DNA of 64,000 nt from a virus. Below are positions 9,160-16,494 of the stretch, one piece after another; position 1 is the stretch's first letter, and every line of letters begins with the position of its first letter. A program made the translations under genes and the position numbers. The stretch lies in the IMG/VR virus record IMGVR_UViG_3300003154_000002, positions 1 through 64,000 of that record; one strand, given 5' to 3'. The notes under the pieces are model-generated. The model made no database searches and was not told the origin of the DNA. It saw only the letters and a list, made by a program, of their open reading frames with translations.

Positions 9160-9173
9160 ATACTATAATAATC
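9149..9173 (+). repeat. 25-bp exact repeat TTTCGTTATAAATACTATAATAATC (copy 1), containing TATAAT
   Basis: Identical to 18452-18476. Spans the last codons and stop of the upstream gene and runs into the intergenic spacer. Confidence 0.9.
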
Positions 9174-9185
9174 CATGGTATTTAT

Positions 9186-9482
9186 ATGAAGGAAGATTTC
9201 TTAGACATTTCTTACGACTATTTAGAAGAATGTGTAAACGCTATTAAAAATCTTCTAAAAAATAATTATCCTAATTTGGAGTATTATTTTACTAAAGATA
9301 TTACAACGAATAGAATTAAGTTATTTATTCAAAATAAGGTTTTTAATCTTGTCCCAGAAACAATAGAAGTAAATTCATATGGATATCGTTTTAGTTATAC
9401 GACTTATAGGATCACTACAAACGTTGGAGATACGTTAAAAATACTTAAGAGTAAGGAAAATAATGGACAAAATAAAGTGTAG
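9186..9482 (+). CDS. hypothetical protein, IETLK-tail family
   Basis: C-terminal ...GDTLKILKSKENN. Confidence 0.55.
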   Translation: MKEDFLDISYDYLEECVNAIKNLLKNNYPNLEYYFTKDITTNRIKLFIQNKVFNLVPETIEVNSYGYRFSYTTYRITTNVGDTLKILKSKENNGQNKV

Positions 9483-9720
9483 TTTTTTCGGTTGTCAGAA
9501 CATAATGGACGTTAAAAACAACGAAGTAAAAGCGATTAATATTCGTAATGATGGGCACAGATTTGTGTGTTTATCTCATTATAATTTTGTTAAAGAAAAC
9601 AATATTAAACCGTCTTTAGAATTAATTTATGGACCAAAAAAAGAGAGGAAGCATGAAAACAAAAACTTTTTTCGTAACCAAAAACGGCCAAATTGGAAGG
9701 CACAAACTCCGAAAGACTGA
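9463..9720 (+). CDS. hypothetical protein
   Basis: 85-aa co-directional ORF. Its basic tail overlaps the next gene. Confidence 0.45.
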   Translation: MDKIKCSFFGCQNIMDVKNNEVKAINIRNDGHRFVCLSHYNFVKENNIKPSLELIYGPKKERKHENKNFFRNQKRPNWKAQTPKD

Positions 9721-9916
9721 AATTGCCGGTTGTGGTATTATGTATCCTGATCAAAACGTTATTGTTTATACAAAGTTAGGCAATAAATATCCGTTTAATT
9801 TTGATGAGATTCATGTCGGAACTCATGCTATGACTCAACTTGTTATGTTAGCTGAAGGAGACGAAATTATCAAGTTAGACTTAGTTACTGACACAACTGT
9901 TCATCCTTCTACTTAA
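9629..9916 (+). CDS. hypothetical protein
   Basis: 95-aa ORF. ATG 9653, after GAGAGGAAG, is a more likely start. Confidence 0.5.
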   Translation: MDQKKRGSMKTKTFFVTKNGQIGRHKLRKTEIAGCGIMYPDQNVIVYTKLGNKYPFNFDEIHVGTHAMTQLVMLAEGDEIIKLDLVTDTTVHPST

Positions 9917-10052
9917 GTATACCGTATACTTCTTATTCTTATATATAACTAAGAAATAAAGAAAATGAAACTAATACGTTCTACATAAATGGAATGTATA
10001 TAGATATACCGTTTACGTAGCTATTATTTAAGTTACATATACTAGGAGACAA

Positions 10053-10271
10053 ATGAAAATCAACATTGGTGATACTGTAGTTCCTAATTACTATCTCGGT
10101 ACAATCGTTAACATTGACGAAACTCAAGTAACTATTGAATATAAAAATTACATGGGTGATATCCGTCATAGTTATCTAACCGAAGAACAAGCTAAGTCTA
10201 AAGGAAAAACACTAGAACAACATGTTGATGATTCTTTAATAATCATACAAAGGAAAGAGTATAATGAATAA
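10053..10271 (+). CDS. hypothetical protein
   Basis: ATG follows TAGGAGAC. First gene after the 136-bp non-coding gap. Confidence 0.55.
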   Translation: MKINIGDTVVPNYYLGTIVNIDETQVTIEYKNYMGDIRHSYLTEEQAKSKGKTLEQHVDDSLIIIQRKEYNE

Positions 10272-10599
10272 GTTGTTTACTGCTTTAGTTATTGCTGGAT
10301 GTTTACTGTTAGCTCCGTTGGCTAAGGCTCAAAGTTGGACTCAATGTCCCCGTATACCAACAGACGAAATTACTCAGTTTGGTATGAATTCAAACGTAGA
10401 CCTTACGTTTATGGTTCACGTAAACGAAAAGGGAGAGTTAGAATATTGGGCCTATTTAACAGAACCACATGTAGTAAGAGCAGACGGAGTTTATAAAGGT
10501 ATTCCAGCGTACAAGAGTGGTTTTAGAAAGTTTATAGAAACATTAGGTGAAGGTTCTGGAGATGGATACGAACCGCCAGCTAGTAGGCGTTGGAGGTAA
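10264..10599 (+). CDS. secreted protein or lipoprotein
   Basis: N-terminal MNKLFTALVIAGCLLLAPLAKAQS is a signal peptide with a possible IAGC lipobox. Confidence 0.6.
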   Translation: MNKLFTALVIAGCLLLAPLAKAQSWTQCPRIPTDEITQFGMNSNVDLTFMVHVNEKGELEYWAYLTEPHVVRADGVYKGIPAYKSGFRKFIETLGEGSGDGYEPPASRRWR

Positions 10600-10600
10600 A

Positions 10601-10804
10601 ATGAGTAAAAACGTTACATATGAAATAGATAAAGAACATTACGGTTTATTTAAGAAAACAGTAAAAACTGGTGCCTTCTTCAAGAAAGACACTAAGATTG
10701 AGATAACGTTTGAAGAATTAACAGAAAGAGAACAGGCTATTTATGATTTTTTTATGAATAAGATATATAGCCTTGAATATCCTCCTAAAAAGAAACACAA
10801 ATGA
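10601..10804 (+). CDS. hypothetical protein
   Basis: Start refined to ATG 10601 after GGAGGTAAA (track start 10547). Confidence 0.55.
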   Translation: MSKNVTYEIDKEHYGLFKKTVKTGAFFKKDTKIEITFEELTEREQAIYDFFMNKIYSLEYPPKKKHK

Positions 10805-11172
10805 TTAACGAAAAACCAATGCAGTTAGCAAAACGAATGTCTTATCTTGGAATAGGACGAGTAAGAATAGGAGCCGTATTGGTAAACGGTAAAAACGTAT
10901 TTAGTGGTTTTAATAAATCAAATAAAACACATCCTCTTTGTTCTACAAATAGTTATAGAAGGCTTCACGCAGAAATTAGTTGTTGCGTAGGAAGAGATAG
11001 AAGTACGCTAGAGGGAGGAACAATGTACGTTTACCGAGAGGACAGAGAAGGACGAATAGCAATATCTAAACCTTGTCCCAACTGTCAAGAGTATCTTAGA
11101 GTAGTCGGGATTAAAAGATGTTATTATACAGATCCTAGAATAATCGGAAATGTGGGAATGATAAATTTATGA
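10801..11172 (+). CDS. dCMP/cytidine deaminase-family zinc enzyme
   Basis: HAE (LHAEISC) plus PCPNC, the H-A-E...P-C-x2-C zinc-binding signature. Confidence 0.8.
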   Translation: MINEKPMQLAKRMSYLGIGRVRIGAVLVNGKNVFSGFNKSNKTHPLCSTNSYRRLHAEISCCVGRDRSTLEGGTMYVYREDREGRIAISKPCPNCQEYLRVVGIKRCYYTDPRIIGNVGMINL

Positions 11173-11483
11173 GGTATCGTTTTATAAAACTTATTCGCAA
11201 AGAGGACGAAACAGGAATTAGCGGAACAGGAGAGGTAGCAAATGGAATCGTTCTACCATCAGGTAAAGCAGTACTTTGGTGGAACACACAAGTAACATCA
11301 GTAGCGATTTACGATAGTTTAACAAACGTCATTGATTTACACGGCCACAACGGAAAGACGGACGTTGTAGATATTACGGACCCAGAAGAACTCTTAGAAT
11401 TATTTGGTATCGAATCTAAAACGTGTTTGAAGAAATCTTATTGCAAGAGGCATAATGGAACAGAAACAAAAAGAACCGTATAA
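11169..11483 (+). CDS. hypothetical protein
   Basis: 104-aa ORF with an ATGA overlap. Confidence 0.6.
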   Translation: MRYRFIKLIRKEDETGISGTGEVANGIVLPSGKAVLWWNTQVTSVAIYDSLTNVIDLHGHNGKTDVVDITDPEELLELFGIESKTCLKKSYCKRHNGTETKRTV

Positions 11484-12165
11484 GTTTAAACCTATTAATC
11501 CTACAATTCTTCAATTACAAGTGTTGAAAGAGCAAGGAGCTAATCCTGACGCTAAATACTTTCAGTTGATTAATTTCAAAAAGTATAGGTCAGAACAAAC
11601 GACTACGATTCAATTCGAAAAAGGTATACCTTCTGTTACCTTTGATGAATCTGGAAAAGAAGTTCGCCACAGATATTACAGGGACAAAAAGATCGAATGT
11701 AATAGTTGGGTGATTTCGAAATTGTTTATTCCAATTAAGGACTTCAAAGTAGAAATTATAAAAAATGCCGGTCATTATTTTAGCGATAGCGGCGATACAA
11801 TAATGTTTGATAGAATCGGAGTTTTTCTTCCGACAAACGTCTTTCTTACTGTAGAAACACCTAGAGCGTTAAACGACACGGTTGCTAAGAAACTTAAATC
11901 TTACATTAAAGACTATTGTTTTACTTGTGTATTTAGAACTACGGCTCATACAAACGAGTATATTTGTTCTCAGACTTCGGCTATAAAGAAAGTAGAAAAA
12001 GAAAACGACTACAATTTAGCTTTTAACATGTTAACTCAGTACGCTAACCTTTCTCGTAAGAATTGGTCGTTCGTTAAATATGAACCAAAGAATTACGTAG
12101 CATTAGATCCTTATAACATTAAGCTTAGAGAAGAGTTAATCTCTTACACGGACGAGGTGATATGA
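11455..12165 (+). CDS. hypothetical protein
   Basis: 236-aa ORF with no recognisable motif. Confidence 0.6.
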   Translation: MEQKQKEPYKFKPINPTILQLQVLKEQGANPDAKYFQLINFKKYRSEQTTTIQFEKGIPSVTFDESGKEVRHRYYRDKKIECNSWVISKLFIPIKDFKVEIIKNAGHYFSDSGDTIMFDRIGVFLPTNVFLTVETPRALNDTVAKKLKSYIKDYCFTCVFRTTAHTNEYICSQTSAIKKVEKENDYNLAFNMLTQYANLSRKNWSFVKYEPKNYVALDPYNIKLREELISYTDEVI

Positions 12166-12284
12166 ACAAATATGAATGTCCTATTTGTGGAGCTGGAGAT
12201 AATAAACATTTTCATTTAGATCCAGTTACAGGTAAGATTATTGAGATAAGAGAAGATTATAGAGAATTTTATACTGGTTGTTAA
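12162..12284 (+). CDS. possible 40-aa Zn-ribbon peptide (below track cutoff)
   Basis: ATGA overlap with the previous stop. Begins MNKYECPICGAGDNKHFH... Confidence 0.4.
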   Translation: MNKYECPICGAGDNKHFHLDPVTGKIIEIREDYREFYTGC

Positions 12285-12291
12285 AAGGAAT

Positions 12292-12380
12292 CCTCCTGAT
12301 CCGAAGCGGAACGTCAGTCTTATAAACTGAGCGCACTAGATTGGTGCCGGTTGTAGGGGCAGTACCTACCAGGAGGACCA
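12292..12380 (+). tRNA. non-canonical type II (long variable arm) tRNA-like gene, anticodon UAU
   Basis: 7-bp acceptor CCTCCTG/CAGGAGG followed by A and CCA. Anticodon arm TCAGT-CTTATAA-ACTGA. Extra arm GCAC-TAGATTG-GTGC. T arm GTAGG-GGCAGTA-CCTAC, with no T-Psi-C. The D region CCGAAGCGGAACG is short and cannot form a normal D stem. Confidence 0.45.
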
Positions 12381-12387
12381 AACTTAT

Positions 12388-12762
12388 ATGAAATATAAAT
12401 GTAGAATATGTAATAAATTTCTATCTAAGTCTAAATTTTACTCCTCTAATTATAGAGGTAGAAAAAGTGTTCAGTCAGCTTGTATTAGATGTAAGCACTT
12501 AGACGATAAAAAACGAAGAGATGAATGTATAGCATTCTTTAATTCCGAAAAGGAAAAGACCCCATGCGTAGATTGCGGAGGTTATTTCCCCGGATGCGTG
12601 ATGGATTATCATCACATAAAGAACAAAAAGTACGAAGTATCTAAATTAATACGCGGTAGTAGATCTTCTAAGGAAACTATTTTAAAAGAGATAGCAAAAT
12701 GTATTGTTATTTGTGCTAATTGTCACAGAATAAGAACTCAAAAATTAAATAAGAATTTATGA
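12388..12762 (+). CDS. HNH endonuclease
   Basis: CVDCGG...DYHHIKNK...CANCHRIRT (HNH with a CxxC pair). Confidence 0.8.
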   Translation: MKYKCRICNKFLSKSKFYSSNYRGRKSVQSACIRCKHLDDKKRRDECIAFFNSEKEKTPCVDCGGYFPGCVMDYHHIKNKKYEVSKLIRGSRSSKETILKEIAKCIVICANCHRIRTQKLNKNL

Positions 12763-12787
12763 ATAAGAAGAAACATTTAAGATCACC

Positions 12788-12813
12788 TATTAGGATATTG
12801 TTACCTCCTAATA
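12788..12813 (+). terminator. stem-loop TATTAGGA-N10-TCCTAATA downstream of the HNH gene
   Basis: 8-bp inverted repeat read directly from the sequence. No clear U-tract follows, so terminator function is uncertain. Confidence 0.3.
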
Positions 12814-12858
12814 AATTGATTGTACCTAAAAACGTATATAACAGAAAGAAGGAAAAGA

Positions 12859-13068
12859 ATGGAATCAAAATCGACACCGAAATCGAAAGCAACAGCAGCA
12901 ACAAGTACAACGACAAGTAAGAAGTCAAAGGCTGGCGGAGAGGCTAAAAAGAAAGACATTAAAGTTAAGTCTTATATGAAGAAGTCTGGTGCTTATTATA
13001 CTCCGTTCAAGCGTACAAAGCAGAAACCAGCAAGCGTAAAGGATCAATTCTCTGGAAAAAAGGCGTAA
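12859..13068 (+). CDS. Lys/Ser/Thr-rich basic protein
   Basis: Start refined to ATG 12859 after AGAAGGAAAAGA. Low-complexity basic sequence KSKATAATSTTTSKKSKAGGEAKKK. Confidence 0.5.
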   Translation: MESKSTPKSKATAATSTTTSKKSKAGGEAKKKDIKVKSYMKKSGAYYTPFKRTKQKPASVKDQFSGKKA

Positions 13069-13072
13069 TAAA

Positions 13073-13246
13073 ATGAGTTTTAGACAATGGATAAGAATTC
13101 CTTTGTATGATCCTTTTTGTAAACCTGGATGTTTAGCGTGTAAATTTAATGACATGTTAATGACATCTGCCATTTTGTTTGCGTCATTTAATTTTTCCTT
13201 TTGTCTAACCTTAGTTTTAATCCAAAAATTAGGATATCTTAAATAA
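13073..13246 (+). CDS. possible 57-aa hydrophobic/Cys peptide (below cutoff)
   Basis: Fills the 13069-13247 gap exactly. Preferred over the antisense ORF 12925-13281. Confidence 0.35.
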   Translation: MSFRQWIRIPLYDPFCKPGCLACKFNDMLMTSAILFASFNFSFCLTLVLIQKLGYLK

Positions 13247-13247
13247 A

Positions 13248-13505
13248 ATGCGATACGAATATCAAACAATAGGCCCAACACCGGCTTATAATTTAGAAGA
13301 CGAGATTAATAGTATTTCAATTCATTGGCCTTTGTATCGAATAGCTTTTATTGTTCCTGTTACTAAAAGCATACATGTAAATATGTCAAAATCAGACGCA
13401 ATAAATAGTAATGGATCATTACACATAGACCATAGTTTTATGATTATACTAGAGAAAAAGAGCACTGTTCAAGAATTAGTAGATATTAAACAGGAGAATA
13501 CATGA
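13248..13505 (+). CDS. hypothetical protein
   Basis: 85-aa co-directional ORF. Confidence 0.5.
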   Translation: MRYEYQTIGPTPAYNLEDEINSISIHWPLYRIAFIVPVTKSIHVNMSKSDAINSNGSLHIDHSFMIILEKKSTVQELVDIKQENT

Positions 13506-13765
13506 AAACAGGTTTACTTATATCAGCATTTATTGTTTGGAGAATGGTCGGATCTGGTATCGCCGGTGATCCTAAATGGATTCAATGTGAGAAGTTCGAA
13601 CAGCAATCTTGTGGTATGAATTTCTACAACTGCACTACAAAAATGGATTATCGTTGTATGAATAATGTAGAAGTATTAGAAACGTCACCAGAAAAAGTTG
13701 AGGGTAGAACGTACAGAGCTAATAGTAATGCAGAATTTATTGATCCTCCTTTTTGGTTTCATTAA
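13502..13765 (+). CDS. secreted or membrane Cys-rich protein
   Basis: Hydrophobic N-terminus MKTGLLISAFIVWRMVGSGIAG, followed by 5 Cys. Confidence 0.55.
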   Translation: MKTGLLISAFIVWRMVGSGIAGDPKWIQCEKFEQQSCGMNFYNCTTKMDYRCMNNVEVLETSPEKVEGRTYRANSNAEFIDPPFWFH

Positions 13766-13766
13766 A

Positions 13767-13889
13767 ATGAAAAAGAGTGAACCTCATTTTTGTCCGAACT
13801 GTGGAAAAATTCTAGAGGAGAGAAACTGTAAACTAATCTGCAAAACAAGAGGGTGTGGATATCATGTATCTTGCGCCGATATAGTATAG
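13767..13889 (+). CDS. 40-aa Zn-ribbon peptide
   Basis: Start refined to ATG 13767. Contains CPNCGK...CKLIC...GCG. Confidence 0.45.
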   Translation: MKKSEPHFCPNCGKILEERNCKLICKTRGCGYHVSCADIV

Positions 13890-13898
13890 CGTGATATT

Positions 13899-14033
13899 AT
13901 GAAAGAATTTAAACACGATTTATTTCGTGCTGTTTCTATAGGCTTTGCATTAGGTATAGGCGCAGCCGTATTTGTGAATACGTTTTTAATTATTATGATG
14001 ATGTTAAATTACATCCAGTCTGGAGGAAGATGA
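13899..14033 (+). CDS. possible 44-aa single-pass membrane peptide (below cutoff)
   Basis: VSIGFALGIGAAVFVNTFLIIMMML looks like a TM helix. The stop overlaps the next ATG. Confidence 0.4.
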   Translation: MKEFKHDLFRAVSIGFALGIGAAVFVNTFLIIMMMLNYIQSGGR

Positions 14034-14584
14034 TGGAAAACAAATTAGATGGAAAAGAAAATATAATCGACATTAATCAGTATATGGATGAATTTAAAGA
14101 TGGTATCCGTCTCCATATTGGATGCGGGTTAGATATCCGCCCAGGGTTCATTAACATTGATCCTTTCTCCGAACACGCTCAAGCAGATTGGGACGCAGGT
14201 AAATTACCATTTAAAGATAATTCAGTAGACGTAATATTTAACTCGATGACCATTGAGCATTTTCCTATGCCTAGAGTTGTTCCTATATTGACAGAATGGT
14301 ACAGAGTATTAAAGCGTGGTGGTAGATTAGTAATCTATACGTCTAATATTATAGACGTTTGTAGAAAGACCATCGAAACGTATGAGAACAAAGAACTAAA
14401 TTTGATGTATCTGTACGGTTCACAAACAAGAGAAGGTCATGGGCATGGTTGTGGATTTACCCAAGAAAGTTTGTTTAAGGTATTAGTAGAAGCTGGATTT
14501 ATGGGCGCACAGTTTGCAGCACCAGAAGCTACATGGATGGGTAAAGGATATCACGATATTTTAGCTATGGCCGAGAAGAGTTAA
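14030..14584 (+). CDS. class I SAM-dependent methyltransferase
   Basis: LHIGCGLDIRPGFINID (motif I), DVIFNSMTIEHF, LKRGGRLVIY. No DNA-MTase catalytic motif is recognised. Confidence 0.75.
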   Translation: MMENKLDGKENIIDINQYMDEFKDGIRLHIGCGLDIRPGFINIDPFSEHAQADWDAGKLPFKDNSVDVIFNSMTIEHFPMPRVVPILTEWYRVLKRGGRLVIYTSNIIDVCRKTIETYENKELNLMYLYGSQTREGHGHGCGFTQESLFKVLVEAGFMGAQFAAPEATWMGKGYHDILAMAEKS

Positions 14585-15129
14585 TGGGCAAACTCAGAAA
14601 AGATTTGTCTGGTAAAAGATTTTTTAGATTAAAGGTGCTAGAATTTGACAAATTTGTTACTCAAGGTTCTAATAAAGTGGCAAAATTTTTATGTAAGTGC
14701 GATTGCGGAAATATAAAATCTATAAAAGGAACACATCTCTCTCGCGGTGACACAAAAAGTTGCGGATGTTACAAACCAAACAAATTGCCAATAGGAGAGG
14801 CAGCATTTAACAGCGTTTACAATAATTATAAAAGAAATGCAAAAAATAGAAAACTAGAATGGGATATTTCAAAAGAAAAAGTAAAAAAGATTACTTCCGA
14901 AAATTGCTATTATTGTAATCAGACAGCCAAAAATAAACATAAAAATTATAGAGGAAATGGTTATTATACATACAATGGTATAGATCGAATAAATAACGCC
15001 AAAGGATATATAGCCACAAACATAGTTCCTTGTTGTAAGATATGTAATTGGATGAAGCTCCATCTTTCTAAAAAAGAGTTTATCAAACACATTAGGAGAA
15101 TTTATGGGTTTAGAGCAAATAAAGGTTGA
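14584..15129 (+). CDS. HNH endonuclease (paralog family B)
   Basis: CKCDCG...SCGC, NAKNRKLEWDIS, YNGIDRINNAKGY...VPCCKICNWMK. Paralog of 36845-37477. Confidence 0.8.
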   Translation: MGKLRKDLSGKRFFRLKVLEFDKFVTQGSNKVAKFLCKCDCGNIKSIKGTHLSRGDTKSCGCYKPNKLPIGEAAFNSVYNNYKRNAKNRKLEWDISKEKVKKITSENCYYCNQTAKNKHKNYRGNGYYTYNGIDRINNAKGYIATNIVPCCKICNWMKLHLSKKEFIKHIRRIYGFRANKG

Positions 15130-15808
15130 GTTGCAAGAAAAGATGGGGAACGACCGCAGTATAGCGATGGCTGCGTGGACTTCTAGTATTGATAAGTCCC
15201 GTGCAGAGGAAAGACCAGAAAACGATATAACTAAAGTTATTAAGATGTTAGCAGAAGGTGGACACGGCGTACCATTTGAATCTGTTGTACTTAGATTCTG
15301 GATTAGGATGCCCCTGTTTTGTGACCGACAATTAATGACACACCGAGTCGCATCTCATTCAGGAATGTCTGGAAGATACCGCACAATGCCTAACGATCAT
15401 TACATTATTCCTGAAGACGTTCTTGAGTTAATGAATAAGGTAGCCAATGATTGTTCTCAAGGGAAACAACTAGTTTCCAATTTAGAATTTATGTCCGATG
15501 CATCAATAAGCGCGTATTCAGACATGATGTATTTTGCTAAGAAAAGCAAAGATGTTGGAACAATTACAAACGATGAATACAAACGTATTCGAGAAATCGC
15601 TAGAGGAGTAATGCCTCAATCGGCTATGACAGAACGTGTTACTATTATGAATTTGCGGAGTTTTGCTAATTTTTATAGACTACGTTCAGATAGCCACGCC
15701 CAACCAGAGATTCAACAAGTAGCTAAGTTGATGATGCAAGAAGTTAAAGAAAGTAATATTTGTCCTATAGCGTTAGAAGAGTTAGAAAAAGTTGGATGGA
15801 AGATATAA
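15104..15808 (+). CDS. thyX: FAD-dependent thymidylate synthase ThyX
   Basis: THRVASHSGMSGRY matches the ThyX RHRxxSxxxxSxR signature. Length (234 aa) is typical. Confidence 0.9.
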   Translation: MGLEQIKVELQEKMGNDRSIAMAAWTSSIDKSRAEERPENDITKVIKMLAEGGHGVPFESVVLRFWIRMPLFCDRQLMTHRVASHSGMSGRYRTMPNDHYIIPEDVLELMNKVANDCSQGKQLVSNLEFMSDASISAYSDMMYFAKKSKDVGTITNDEYKRIREIARGVMPQSAMTERVTIMNLRSFANFYRLRSDSHAQPEIQQVAKLMMQEVKESNICPIALEELEKVGWKI

Positions 15809-15812
15809 TCGT

Positions 15813-15887
15813 TCCCGGTCTGGTGTAATTGGTAGCACACGACACTGTTACTGTTGAGGAGACGTTCGAATCGTAGACCGGGAGCCA
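15813..15887 (+). tRNA. tRNA-Asn: tRNA-Asn (anticodon GUU), with an irregular T stem
   Basis: Acceptor TCCCGGT/ACCGGGA followed by G and CCA. Anticodon arm CGACA-CTGTTAC-TGTTG. T loop TTCGAAT. The two basal T-stem pairs are mismatched (alternative 9-bp acceptor plus 3-bp T stem). Confidence 0.65.
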
Positions 15888-15905
15888 AATTTGTGAGGAA
15901 ATTAA

Positions 15906-16484
15906 ATGAGTAACATTCAACAAATTAAGTTAGAATCTATTTTTAGAGACAAACCTCTTGACTGGAAAACGGAGTTAAAATATCGAGCTTGGCGTGTTTG
16001 GGAAAAGGTTAGTTTGTTTCATTTCAGACACAAGCTAAAAAGTGGATATGACTATTTCAAGATAGGTTATAAATCTTTTGATTTTGATAGCTCCTGCGCT
16101 CTTGAAGAATTTGTTTGGAAGTTGGGCAGAGTAAGAAAGTGTCTGACTAGAAACAATTTTTTCGAAGGCGTCGAAGAAGAATGCGCTAAAATTAAAAGAG
16201 TAGAAGAGCTTATTACCAGAGTACTCAATGACGATTATTTTGATATCTTTGAAAAACCTATTATTGAGAAGTATGGGGAACTCAGACATAAGTGGATGGA
16301 CGCGAAACCGGAAGATAGATCAGTAGAACTAAAACATTGGAGAGAGAAACAAACTCCTGAAAACGAAGAAGAGATTCGCGCAGCGGAAAGAGAAGCATAT
16401 CAAAAAGCTTGGGAGTTAAGAGAGCAAGAGTGGACAGAAGCGATAGATATTATCAAAAACAATATTTTTAAATGGTGGGATTAA
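15906..16484 (+). CDS. hypothetical protein
   Basis: 192-aa ORF with a charged helical C-terminal half. Confidence 0.6.
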   Translation: MSNIQQIKLESIFRDKPLDWKTELKYRAWRVWEKVSLFHFRHKLKSGYDYFKIGYKSFDFDSSCALEEFVWKLGRVRKCLTRNNFFEGVEEECAKIKRVEELITRVLNDDYFDIFEKPIIEKYGELRHKWMDAKPEDRSVELKHWREKQTPENEEEIRAAEREAYQKAWELREQEWTEAIDIIKNNIFKWWD

Positions 16485-16494
16485 AGGAGATTAT

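Noticed and set aside
1330-9480. The idea that the recurring ...ATWGAAACNCTTAAR... sequence upstream of many start codons is a DNA-level promoter or operator.
   Set aside because: The motif is always in frame at the end of the preceding ORF. Its distance to the next start varies from about 8 to over 60 nt. Variation is concentrated at third codon positions. Peptide-level conservation therefore explains it better, and it is reported as a protein family. A secondary role as a recombination junction is not excluded.
12292-12762. Structured RNA next to an HNH gene as a HEARO/omega-RNA (IscB-type) guide system.
   Set aside because: The RNA is only about 90 nt and tRNA-shaped. The HNH protein is 124 aa with no RuvC or bridge-helix region. 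This does not fit IscB/HEARO architecture.
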